Translations under genes and position numbers: made by a program
Notes under the pieces: generated by a model
The model's database searches: none
What the model was told of the DNA's origin: nothing
Seen by the model: the letters and a program-made list of their open reading frames with translations, nothing else
In this document: piece by piece, positions 24,900-37,300 of the stretch
Numbering within the stretch: position 1 is the first letter of the stretch
Layout: each line of letters begins with the position of its first letter
Assembly: GCA_036785375.1 (NCBI GenBank)
Contig: JAWMAR010000276.1
Location: 1,054,001 to 1,118,000, forward strand
Length of the DNA: 64,000 nt
Direction of reading: 5' to 3'
Origin: Leucoraja ocellata
Lineage: Eukaryota

Positions 24900-26345
24900 C
24901 AAAGATCTTATAGCGGAGCAACATGGGTTACTCTCACGCAAACGTGTAGTACGCTCATGGGCGGATTCATGGGTGATTATGATTCATTTTAGCAACCAGC
25001 CCCCGCCATCTTGTTCCGCCCAAGATTGGATCCGCAGCGGGGAGAGGGCATAGGAGGGGGGGAGACATTGTAGTGTGGGGGCAGGCGAGGGGGGGGGGGG
25101 GTAAGGCCTAGTGTGTGTGAAGTTGCAGGGGAGGTTTACAATGTTTCTTATTTACAATATTTCTTATTTAATGTCCCTTGTCTAGTCTGAAATAAAGTTC
25201 ATTATTGAATCAGAAGAAATATAATTATGTGTGTTATATGATATATATTTATATAATTTTCATGTATGTATGTTATAAACATTTTATTCTTTAACAAGAA
25301 TTAACAGAATTATGAACTAACAGATTATGAATCTAACCCTTTCTCACACACAAAAGTCCCCCCCCTGTCAATTACCCTGCGAGTCGGGTCGGTTCCGGTT
25401 ACTACAAAATCAACTCAAACACTGCTTGTGAGCCATTTAAAAAATAAATGATTTAAAAAAAAATTCAAAAAGACAATACCAGAGTAAAATTTTATTCTTG
25501 ACAAGAAGTTTGAACTGGCAGATTTATGAATCTAAACCGACACAAAACTGTTGCCCCGCAACATTGATTACACTGCGAGTCGGGTCGGGTCAGGTAGGCT
25601 CAGGTTACTAAAATGGGCGGCGAAAAATGCCCAGGATCATCCTCCATAGCGCACTACACGTCAGCCCATTGCATTTAGCAGGAGTAGCCTATCTTGCTCC
25701 GCTATAAGATCTTTGGCCGGGAGAGGGAGTGCGCGGCCCGGGGATAGGGAGTGTGGGGCCCGGGGATAAAGCCTAGTGTGTGTGAAGTTGCGGGGAGGTT
25801 TACAATGTTTCTTATTTAATGTCCCTTGTCTAGTCTGAAATAAAGTTCATCATTGGATCAGAAGAAATATAATTGTGTGTGTTATATGATTGTATACATT
25901 TATATCACATTCATGTAGGTGTGTTTATAAACATTTTATTCTTTAACAAGAATTAACAGAATTATGAATCTAACCCTATATCACGCACAAAAACTTCCCC
26001 CGCAATGCCAATTACCCTGCGAGTCGGGTCGGTTCAGGTTACAAGAAAATCAACTCAAACACTGCTTGTGAGCCATTTAAAAAGAAATGATTTAAAATAT
26101 ATTAAAAAAGACAATTACCAGTCAAATTTTATTCTTGACAAGAAGTATGAACTGACAGAATGATGAATCTAACCCTATATCACACACACAAACTGTTAAT
26201 TGATTACACTGCGAGTCGGGTCAGGTAGGCTCCGGTTACTAAAATGGGCGGGGAAAAATGCCCAGGATCCCGTCCGTAGCGTACTACATGTCAGCCCATT
26301 GTATTTAGCAGGAGTAGCCTATCTTACTCCGCTATAAGATCTTTG
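24900..26345. mobile_element. hAT-like non-autonomous DNA transposon with duplicated right arm
   Basis: TIR CAAAGATCTTATAGCGGAG at the left end and its inverse at both ~25697-25715 and 26327-26345; 8-bp TSD CTCTGAGC/CTCTGAGT. Confidence 0.85.
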
Positions 26346-26739
26346 CTCTGAGTGGCAGTGAGCAAGTGACGGCTCTGTGTGCTTGTGTTTCAAGATCAAG
26401 TCGTTGAGACACAAGGAACTGCAGATACTGATTTACAAAAAAAGAGAAAGAGTGATCTTGCATTAATGATCTTGACACAAAGATAGATACTTGATTAGTA
26501 CGGGTGTCAAGGGTTATGGGGAGAAGGCAGGAGATTGAGGTTCAGAGGGAGAGATAGATCAGCCATGGTGGAGTAGACTTAATAGGCAGATTGGCCTAAT
26601 CACATGACCTTATGATGGAGTAATTTAGCAGATTGAGCGCATCTCTGGAGAACATGGGTTAGTCTGAAGAAGGATCCCAACCTGAAATGTCACAATTGCT
26701 GCCTGACCCACTGAGTTACTCTAATACACCAGAATTATA

Positions 26740-27995
26740 GTCATATGGTGTGCAAATGGGCCCAACCTGCCCATGTCCCAACATGTCCCATCTAGATTAG
26801 TCTAACTTGCCTGCGTTTGTTTGGCCCATATCCATCTAAACCTGTCCTATCCACATACCAGTCTAATTGCTCCTTAAACATTGCTATAATCCCTGCCTCT
26901 GCCATCTCCTCCAGCTGTTTGTTGCATACACCCAGCACCCCTTGCCTGAAAATGTTATCCCTCAGATTCCTATAAAATCTTTTCCCCTTCACCTTAAAAC
27001 TATGCCCTTTGATTTGCGATTTCCCCCACCCTGGGCTAGAAACTCTGTGTGTCCACCTGATGTATTCCTCTCATGATTTTATACACCTCTATAAGATCAC
27101 ACCTCGTCATCCTGCTCTCCAGGTAATTGAGTCCCTGACTGCTCAATCTCTCCCAACAGCTCAGATTCTCGAGTCCTGGCCACATTCTTGTAAATCTTCT
27201 CTGCACCCTTTCCAACTAAACATATTTTCTATAACACGGTGCCCAGGACTGAATGCAATCCTATAAATGTGGCCTCACTGACATCTTGTATAATGGCAAT
27301 ATGATCTCCCAGGTTCTATACTCAATTCTCTGACTGATGAAGGCCAATTTTCCAAAAGCCTTTTTGACCACATTGATGCTACTTTCAAGGAATGATGTAC
27401 CTGCACATAGATCCCTCTGCTCTACAGCAATTCACAGAGCCCGACCAGTCACCCTGTAGGTCTTACCTGTATTAAACTTTCCAAAATACAACGACTGAAT
27501 TTTTTTCTGTATTAAATTCCATCAACCATTTCTGAGCCCACCAGGCCAACATATCAAGATCCTGCTGCAATTATTGACAACCATCTTCACTATCTGCAAT
27601 ACCACCCACTTTTGTATCATCTGCAAATTTGTTAATCTTGCCATGTACACAGTGGCAGACTGGCCAGGGTGTCAGCTTGCCCGATGGCAAGTGGGCCCCT
27701 GATCAAGTGGGCCCCCTATATCAAGTGGGCCCCCTTTATTTCCTGGCAACCAATATTTTTGGACCCAGTCCGCCACTGCATGTATATACTCATGCAAATC
27801 ATTGAAATAGGTAACAAATAGTAATGTGTCCAGCACCGAACCCTGAGGCACACTACTAGTCACAGACCTCCAGTCCAAGAAGCAGCCTTCCACCATCACC
27901 CTCTGCTCCTTCCAAGAAGCTAATTTTCTATCCATTCAACTATCTCTCCATGGATCCCATGTGATTTAACCTTCCAGAGCAGCCTACCATGTGGT
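26740..27995 (-). mobile_element. CR1 LINE fragment (approximate)
   Basis: QRVMVEGCFLDWRSVTSSVPQGSVL..LLFV and a CR1 3' end. Confidence 0.8.
27650..27778. mobile_element. 129-bp hAT-type MITE nested in CR1
   Basis: TIR CAGTGGC(A/G)GACTGG; TSD CATGTACA/CATGTATA; three internal CAAGTGGGCCCC repeats. Confidence 0.85.
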
Positions 27996-28303
27996 ATTGG
28001 TTCATGCAAGTCATTGAGTATTGACATGCACTGAAGCACATGAGATCATCAGTCTTATGATCACAATCCACAGGTCAAGGGTCCAGTGTTAGCCCAGCTG
28101 TGTCAACAGCAGTGCCCTCTGACAATAAAGGTCAACCCTGTGACCCTGGAGGATGTGGACCATTTATTATTTATTTGGAGCAGTCTTCTGATGAAATTTT
28201 GCATCAACTTGGTTTGTTATCCATCGCTCCCGATGCACTGTTCCTGAAGATTTGGAGAAGATGCTCAATAAAATAACTTGTTCTATTTTTAATCTTCAAG
28301 GCA

Positions 28304-28358
28304 ATGGATTGTACGTTGAGAAAGATGCTGTTGTCATTGATGCTGTTCCCTAACTTGG
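28304..28358 (+). CDS. Exon: signal peptide
   Basis: gcaATGG Kozak context; MDCTLRKMLLSLMLFPNL; donor G|GTGAGT. An acceptor at 28300 implies an upstream non-coding exon. Confidence 0.75.
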
Positions 28359-31300
28359 GTGAGTGTTCATCTGAATGGGGAGATTGTGTACATTTGTTAT
28401 CCACTAACTGGCTGCTTCTCACAAGTTATGAATCTGATCTTAGAGGCAATTAAGTTTTCTGTTTTATTCATTGCCTAATTTAAGATTGAAGAGTAAACCC
28501 TTTGCTCAACAATATAACAAAGATTCTCACACATTTTTTCTTTCATTGCTTATTTGCCTATTGAGGTGACATTATTCTCCTGCTTTTACCTTCATTTCAA
28601 TCCTTTTTCCCTTCATTTCATTTTGTAACTAAAGTAATATCTTGTAAAGTGTGATAGAGTCAGTAGATGTGGAAACACGTCAGTGGATTGGATTTGTGGC
28701 ATGCTGGAAGCTTTAGCATACCGCAGCCAGAGAGCAGTGCTGAACTACTATCTACCTCTTTGGTGACTCTCAGACTTTCCTTGTTCGGACTTTGCTGGCT
28801 TTACCTTGCACTAAACATTATTCCCTTGTCCAGCACTGTAATACACTGTAAATAAACTGTACACTGCCTGGCTCAATTGTTATCATGTATTGTCTTTCTA
28901 TTGACTGGATAGCACGTAACAAAAGTATTTCACTGTGCCTCGGTGCATGTGTCAATAAACTAAACAACTCTGTTGGAGCACAGGAAGTTTGGAGGTAGAT
29001 GACTCCAACTTTATCTGCAAGTTAACGCATGCATTTTCATTTCCTCTATTTTCCCAGCTGAAGGATCTTTCTCTCGATCCTTTGGGATGTTGAATAGAGA
29101 CATCCTGCTGCCCTGCGCCTTCCATGCTTCATCCAACTTCAATCTGAAAAATCTCATCATCACATGGCAGCGGACAGGCAGTCTCACCGTGGTTTACAGT
29201 TTCTATTCTGGAACAATCCATCGGGAGCATCAGGACAAAGCATTCCTGGACCGCACTCAACTATTTCTCTCCGAATTCACCAAAGGGAATGCGAGCCTGA
29301 AATTGGAAAGAATGTTGTTATCTGATGTGGGAAACTATACTTGTTTTGTAACTGTAGATGATGGAATGCCACACATTGAGAACGTGGTGGAACTAAAATT
29401 AAATGGTGAGTGCATCTTGTGACAGATAGATCGATGTTTTGTTGTGTACATTTCATAGAATTGTAAAGCACAGAAAGGGAATCTTTTGGCCGTCTCATAC
29501 CAATGCTATTCTCTGCAAATCCCATTTGTCTGCATTAGACCAGTGTCTTTCCCATCCAAGTACCTTTCCAAATGTCTTTCAAACATTGTCATAGTATCAC
29601 TTTCTACTACTTCCTCTGGAAGCTCATCCCAGATATTGTCATCCTGTGTGAAAACATTCTCATCAGATCTCTTTTAAAAGTCTCTCCTCTCACCTTGAAC
29701 CTGGTCTTTGTCTCGACCCGCAATCTTATCTGTCCATTTCCCTCCGTGGATGTCGAGTTTCTCCTGCATTTTTGTATTTTGATCAAGATTCCAGCATCTG
29801 TCACAACTTGCATCCCCATTAAACCTGTGCCTTCTAGTTCTGGCTCCCTGCGGAAAAAGACTCTGACTATATCCCATTGATATCCAATTTAAACTGGTAG
29901 AGGCAGAATCCCCGGTTGTCTGGCATTCCAGTGAGTGAAAAACCAGCCTTTCCATTTTCTCATTATAATTACAGTCCACTATTCTGGGCGACATGTGCTG
30001 AATATCTTGTGAATGCTTTTACAATAACACTTCCTGTAACGTGACAACTGGAACTGCACTCAGTATTCCAAATGCAGTGTAAGCAGTGTTTAGTACAGCT
30101 CCAACATGATGTTCCAACTCTTGCAGTCATTGCCCTGGCTTATGAAAGCAAAGAGACCATCCGATTTGTGTTTTGCTATCTCTGGTGATAGGATTGCAAG
30201 TGCAAGTGAATAAGTGCCTCATCTAGGAAGTCTGTATCCCTGGACAGTGGGAAGGGAAGAGATGAAAAAGCAGGTTTTGCAACTTCTGCGATTGCATGAG
30301 AGAGTTTCCCAATCTTGGGAGCGATTGATAATACAGAAGACCGGACCAGGGCAATACATAGAATGTAAAACAGTGCAGCACAGGAACAGGATATTCGGCC
30401 TGCAAGGTCCACGCCAAACATGATGTCAGGTTAAAATAACTGCCCTCTGCCTGCACTCAAACTTTCTTCAAAATGCTGAAAAGGGAGGAGAGGAAAGTAG
30501 TCTGAAGAAGGGTCTCGACCCGAAACGTCACCCATTCATTCTCTCCAGAGATGCTGCCTGTCCTGCTGAGTTACTCCAGCATTTTGTGTCTACCTTCGAT
30601 TTAAACCAGCATCTGCAGTTCTTTCCTGCACAGAGGAAAATATATGTTTGGTGGTCAAGTCTTGTTGGAGCTGCTGGAATTGGCAAAGATGATCCATTGA
30701 ACGGAGAGACAACTGGGTCCAGGGAACTCTGTTGTGTAGGAAGGAACTGCAGTTGCTGGTTTACACCAATGATCGACACACAAAGCTGGAGCAACTCAGT
30801 GGGTCGGGCAGCATCTCTGGAGAAAAGGAATAGGTGACGTTTCAGATCGAGACTGCAATGTCAGTTTGTCGCTCGCCAATCCCTGAACTGACAACAGAGA
30901 TCCAGAAAGAGAAGGGGAGTGTCAGATGCTGTAAATTGGAAGCAAAAATGGAAGGCATTTGAGTTGTGCCTGAGTGCAGGAAGCAGCACTGATATAATCG
31001 TCGATGTACTAGAAGATGAGTTGAGGGGTGTGCCAGAGTTGCCCCAAAACAGTGATAGCTTCCTATATCCCACAAAAAGACAGGCATAGCTTAGCCCATG
31101 TGAACTGCACTGTTGATCTGGAGACTATGGTCATGGTCCATTTGTGACAGGTTTGTATCGTGTGAGCACTTGTTGCTTATAAAAAATTGTATTCAAAATA
31201 GAAGACTTACACTACTATTACACTTGCAATAAAAAAGGGTCCATCAGATTTTCACAATTCTGTTCCCAAATGCAAATTATAAAATTAATTACATTATAAT

Positions 31301-34300
31301 ATATCTTGATTTGAAAATGTGGTTTAGCTCAATTCTTAATTGAACACTAACCATTTGGTTTTTTTTGTGTTCTGAACATCGTAGATATATCGGAGAATAA
31401 TACATGCGGTGGCACCGATCCAGCTTCAGAAAGGAAAAAGGTTGTACTCATACTTCCATTGCTACTTGTCATTTTAATTGCAGTTGGAATTTTGCATTGG
31501 CAAATGAAAAACAAGGAGAAACCAGATATTGAAGAGAGTGAGTAAAATGTTTAGGATTTTGGCCATTAATCACACAAACTGAATACCTATTCGAGAATGT
31601 GTTCAGAACACTGCATTGGGAATGGATTTCTAGGCACTTTCAGCCATAGTGTATATGACATCCTTTGAGAGGAACATGTTCTAACATGTGGTTTATTCTA
31701 TTTCTTTTTAGTGATTCATTTACTGGAAGACAATATAAAAGGTAAAGAACCAACCTCCGTTGAGATTTTCTTAAGTTATGCAGACTTACCTACGTGGAGC
31801 TGGCCGGCTTCGGGGCGTGGAGAGCGGCGGTTGCACATTGATGTGACCCGGCTCCAGTGGATGGTAACACCAGGAGCTCGCGGATCCCCGGTGGGAGACT
31901 GCTTTGCGGGGCACCGGCAGCGGCGACTTCTCCAGCCCGAATTGCGGGGTTGAGAGTGACCTGGAGGGGGGCCCTACAACGCCCGGCGCGGCCTTAATTT
32001 GCCGCGGACTAGCGCCCGCTGGGGGCTTTGACCTCGACTTCGGGAGGGAAATGGAGTGCAGGGGAGAGACAAGAACTTTGCCTTCCATCATAGTGAGGAG
32101 GAGAGCCACTGTGATGGATGTTTATGTGAATAGTGTTGGTGTGTGTTTTGGTTCTTTTATTGTATTGTATGGCTGCAGAAACTACATTTCGTTTGAACCT
32201 CATGTGAGGTTCAAATGACAAATAAAGGTATTGTATATTGTATATAGTTTCTGCCCACAATAGTAGAAGTGGTCTCCTTGTCCACTACTGGAATCTGCCA
32301 TGGAATTAATCTTCAGAAGGGTGTGAAATAATTGTTTTTAGAATGTGGTCGTTGAATGAATAAAATAATTAAATATGAATTTTGAAAGAAAGAACATACA
32401 AAATATATATAAAATCCAGACCTGTTTGAGCAAAGTATCTTAACAAGAAATTAATTTTATTCTTTTCAGGAAGCCCATCCAGTCTCACAGCTCATTCAGC
32501 AGCTTGACCTTTTAAGCCACATCAGGCTAGAATGGCAGATAACTGAAATTATTGATGCAGATGGAATTTGACGGCAGTCTTGTCACTTCCTCATCACCTT
32601 TACTGAGATTGTTTGAATCTTCAATTCCACAGCTGCTGTGGTGGGATTTAGGCTGATGTCACTTGATCAATGGTCCAAGCCTGTAGATATTAATCACTAT
32701 GCCAGCATACTCCACTGCTTGCCCTACTCCTCTCTGTACAGCCTCATAGTGAACCTTGACACCATTGGTTCAATCAGTGTCCCTCACCCCTTGGTCTGGT
32801 GTAATCATACAGTGACCAACGTAGAGTCCCACCAGTATGTCCTGAATGGTACCGTAGTGTTGGGTGCAAGGATAGTCCCTTGTTTCTCACTCCGTTTTGC
32901 TGCCCTCCAAATCATGGATCCATTCTACAATGGAGTTGCATGCTGGAAGATTATAATCTAGCCATTGAGTATTATTTGGCAGGAGGACCGTCATTCTGCA
33001 TCATCTCCAAGCACCCAGGAATCCAAGGTTCACCTTCAAACTGTATCAGATTTTATTATGTGAAATATTTTCATAATATGGATATTTTGAACTGTGTAAC
33101 AAAGTGCCAACCAAAAGCTGGTGTAGATGATGAATGGAAAATCTGCAAGATTTTAATACCTGTGTCAGCAGGGCATACTGACCAACAGTTGGCAAATGGA
33201 ATAGTATAGGTGGTTACTTGATGTTTGGCATGGACAAGGTGGGCTGAAGGGGCTGTTTCTGTGCTGCATAACTCTGACAACTTAAACCTGAAGCGATGTG
33301 GGAATTCTTAAAGGGGATCAGCAATTTAATGGATATCTGATGCTCACAGTTCTCACATTTTGTTAATCCATGATAATAAAATACTTGCTCGTTCTGAGAA
33401 ATGTGTTTTTTTTTCTTTTCTTCAGATGCCATTCTGAATTATAAAGAGTACATCTTGAAAGATAAAATGCATTTATGTTGTTCATTAACACAACGGCGAT
33501 TCGAAAACTATCCGCTTGCCAGAACCATCAATATTACCAACCCGAAGGAACAAGACCTAGATGGTGATCTTATCAGGAGCGATGACTCAAATATTGCACA
33601 AGAAGTACAAATTTCACAACTGCTGTCATTGCTTCGGGAAGAAAACTTCTCAAAGCGAGTCCTGCTGGTAGGTGATGCAGGAGTAGGGAAGAGTTGGACT
33701 GTTGTCAGCATGGAGCAAGAGTGGGCATCTCAACCAACCCATCCCTTGAGGTGCGTCTTTGTTCTCAGATTCCGTGACTTGAATGAGGTTAAAGGAAAGA
33801 CATCTCTCCGGGATCTGCTGAAGAAGCATTGCACACCTTTGTCATCAGTCCTAACAGAACTCCTCTCGAACCCTCAAGATGTGTTGATCATTTTGGACGG
33901 GCTGGATGAATTCGCCCATCAGTTGCAATGGAATCCATCAGGTTGTGATTTCGACCTGGATAGTGAGGCTGAAGTAGGTGTTCTTGTTTCCAAACTAATA
34001 TTCAAGAACCTCCTTCGAGAAGCCCAGGTGTTGGTTACCTCCCGGTGGAATACCAAGCAGATAGAATTTAACAAGAAGTACTTTGATCAGCTTTTTGTTA
34101 TCTCTGGCTTTACCAATGATCAGCTGAAAAGATATTGTGAGGTGTTTTGTGGAGAGAAGCAAAAGGCGGAAGTAATGTTTCAACGCATTACAGAGAATGC
34201 AACCATCAAATGTCTGGCTTCCAATCCCCTCAACAGCTTCATTCTGTGCAATATTTTGGACAAGTGTACCAGCTCTCAAGCAAATGTACCAGTGACAAAT

Positions 34301-37300
34301 AGCAAAGTGTTTACATTGTTGCTGTACAGTCTGTTTAACTGCAGCACGAGTAAAGAAACAGACGCTGAGAATAAGAGTGAAGAGGAGAAGCAATTGTTTA
34401 AAGACACCATCCTGAAACTGGGAGAACTATCCTTCAACTCTCTGCTATCAGGGAAACTTAAAATAAATGTGACTGATCTGAAGACCTATGGAATAGATCC
34501 AGACATCCTTTCAAAATATCTCTCAAATCTTGTGCTGGACTGTAAATGCCAAGGAGTCTTTGAGTTCCACCATGCAGTGCTGAAGGAACAATTTGCAGCT
34601 TTGTATTGTGCTACTTTACTCAACAATGAAGCTGAAGAGTTGGTCAAGTGTCTGGATCTGTGGTGCTTTGGGAAAATGCCACTAAATCAAATGAGCCAAT
34701 TTTATTTGCAATCTTTTCAACCTGACCACACAGAGAAACTGTACAATTTTCTGAGGTTTCTCACTGGCTTCTTAACCGCAGGAAGAGATGGCAAGTTGTG
34801 GAACTATACAACTCCTCTCCCCCCTTCTACAGCCAGAGCTCTCACAACATGGTTCAAAAACAGCCTTCAGCGAGACATTAAGAAGGCAGAATTGCTGAAT
34901 TTGATGCACTGTCTCTTTGAACTGAATGATGCCACTGTAACGGCAGAAGTATCTCCTTGCATCCGAGATGTGGGTTTTCACAACGTTTCTCTGAGCCCAC
35001 TCGATCTGCGTGCTTTGTGCTACTGTCTCAATCATTCCACCGTGGAGGAGATGGATTTGAGGCACTGTAGCATTGGTGATAAAGGAATAAAGCAGCTCCA
35101 AGAAATACTAGTCAAGTGCAGAACTCTTTTGTGAGTAATGATTTTCAAAAGAATATTAAGCTCCAGTTGCACTAATCTACCTTCTTGCATGCACAATGTT
35201 TGTTGACATGTTTTATACTTTTGTCACATTTTATGCCCTACATGTCCTGATTTATTCTAGCCCAGCTAATATTTGTGCCTGAAAGTTGTAATGAAATATA
35301 TACAAATGGAGATACTACTCTTCAAGACTAGAATGGAAACAATGTGTGCAATTATCTCCCTCAACTACATTGTTCTATGGTAACCCCACCCTCCTCCAAT
35401 GTTGCCCTGTGGAGCCACAGAGCTTCATTGTAATAACCACAAGGGCAGAGATTTAATTCTATGCATTCATTCTAGTTGTTGCTCTTATGAATACACATGC
35501 ATTGATCACTATAAAAATACTTGGGGGCGGTTTGCTTTATCTGCAAATACACCTGTTGGGGGTTTGATCTTTCTGTAAATCTTGGCCCACCCCATTTCCA
35601 ACGCAGCAGTGTCAATGGACAGGTATTCATAAATCTAGAGGAACAGCATCTCCTATCTCACCTGGGTGGTCTACAACCTAATGGTATGAACATCAAATTC
35701 ATGTAACCCCTCTGTCTATTTGTTGTCTCCTGATACACCTAGATTATCTGTATGTCACTGTATGTCATGTTGTTACTTGTGGGTGGAGCACCTAGGCTAA
35801 TTCCTTGTATGTGAATACTTGGCCAATAAACTTACTAACTTACTTACTTGTCTCATATGCCCCTTCTTTTCAAACCCAACCCCTCTTTCAGTTTCTGTAA
35901 TCACCCTACCCCATCCCAAATGATTCCATCTGTGTATCACTTGCACATTACACCCACTTGATTTCCCAATTCCCTCCACTGTTCCCCTTTTGCCCACTAT
36001 CCCACCCTAATGTGGTTCCACTCACCATTATCCTTTCTTATCAGATTCTATAATCTACCCATGTACCCATGTACCCATTATCACCTCCTCAGCTTCAGGT
36101 TCATCTCAGCATTCCTCATCTGGGCCCACCTATTACTTAAGGACACAAAGTGCTGGGGCAACTCAGCGGGTCAGGCATCATCTTTGGAGAACACGGATCA
36201 CTGACGTTTCAGTTCGGGACCCCACTACAGACTGATCATTAGTTTGAAGAAGAATCCTGATATGAAACATAATCTATTACGTTCTCCAGAGATGCTGCCT
36301 GACCTGCTGAGTTACTACAGCATTTTGTGTTCTTTTGTGTAAATCGGCATCTACAGTTCCTTGTTTCCTCTTTTACTGTACCACTCTACTGCTTTTTTTT
36401 AAATTGCTGCTTTTTTCCCTTTTTCCTTCCGCCCACAATATCTAAAAGAATATGTGATTCTGTTCCATTCTGTTTGTAGTTTGTTTGTTTGTTTGTCTTT
36501 TTGCACAAAGTCCGCGAGCATTGCCACTTTTCATTTCACTGCACATCTCGAAAGTGTATGTGACAAATAAACTTGACTTGACTTGACTTGACTTTATGCT
36601 CTAAATCCTCGACCGCAAACATCGACTGTCTGTCTGCCGCCACCGATGCTGCTTAACCCGCTGAGTTCCTCCACTAGTTCGTTTTTGCTCCAGATTCCTG
36701 CGTTTGCTGTCTCTTGTATATCCAAATATCCAAACATTGATTATTATCAACAAGGTTGAATTGATTTTGTGTATTAGAAAGTGCTCAAGCAGAAACAAAG
36801 GATCTCTTAAACTATGTAATTACCTTAAGTCATTTTAAGCCCCATTTGCACTATCGTTCAAAAATCATTGCCCAGACACATGTGTTAGACCAAGGTTAGA
36901 CTCTGCTCTCCCAGCAGTGCCACAATTGTTTATTTTGCAGCTACCTTTGCAGGCAGCAGTTTGTGAGGATTGTGTTCTGTCCCCAGGCACTCGGGTCTCT
37001 AATTGTTTTCAACGTCTTGTGTTTCCAGGGTAAGCTCCAACAAACTGACTGTAAAGTCAGCAAAGAGTTTGAATGCCGTCCTTGAAGACCCAAAGTGCAG
37101 GATTGAGACATTATCGTGAGATTTTTCATCACATAAATCCTCTTGTAAAATTCTCCAAGTTTCTATAGAGCTTCCAATCGCTGACATTTGCCATTTGGTT
37201 CCGTTTTCAGGTGTGGTACAAACTCTTTTGGTTCGGCGGGGGCTCAGATTCTGTGGAAAGCTCTGGCACGAAACAGAAGTCTCAAAATCCTTCGCCTGTA

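Larger units (their letters stand above)
17480..26420. repeat. Diverged tandem triplication of a non-coding, promoter-like segment
   Basis: Collinear shared blocks in three copies (~17480-19100, ~20090-23300, ~23300-26420), e.g. TTCAAGGGCG followed by a G-tract, and GTGTTGTTTACCAGA. Confidence 0.75.

Noticed and set aside
31742-32240. GC-rich ORFs as an NLR promoter or effector exon
   Set aside because: The segment ends in a stem-loop, AATAAA and a short tandem tail typical of a retroposon 3' end, and shows no death-fold similarity.
33401-33425. ORF-track start MCFFFFSS as the NLR N-terminus
   Set aside because: This is the polypyrimidine tract of the splice acceptor.
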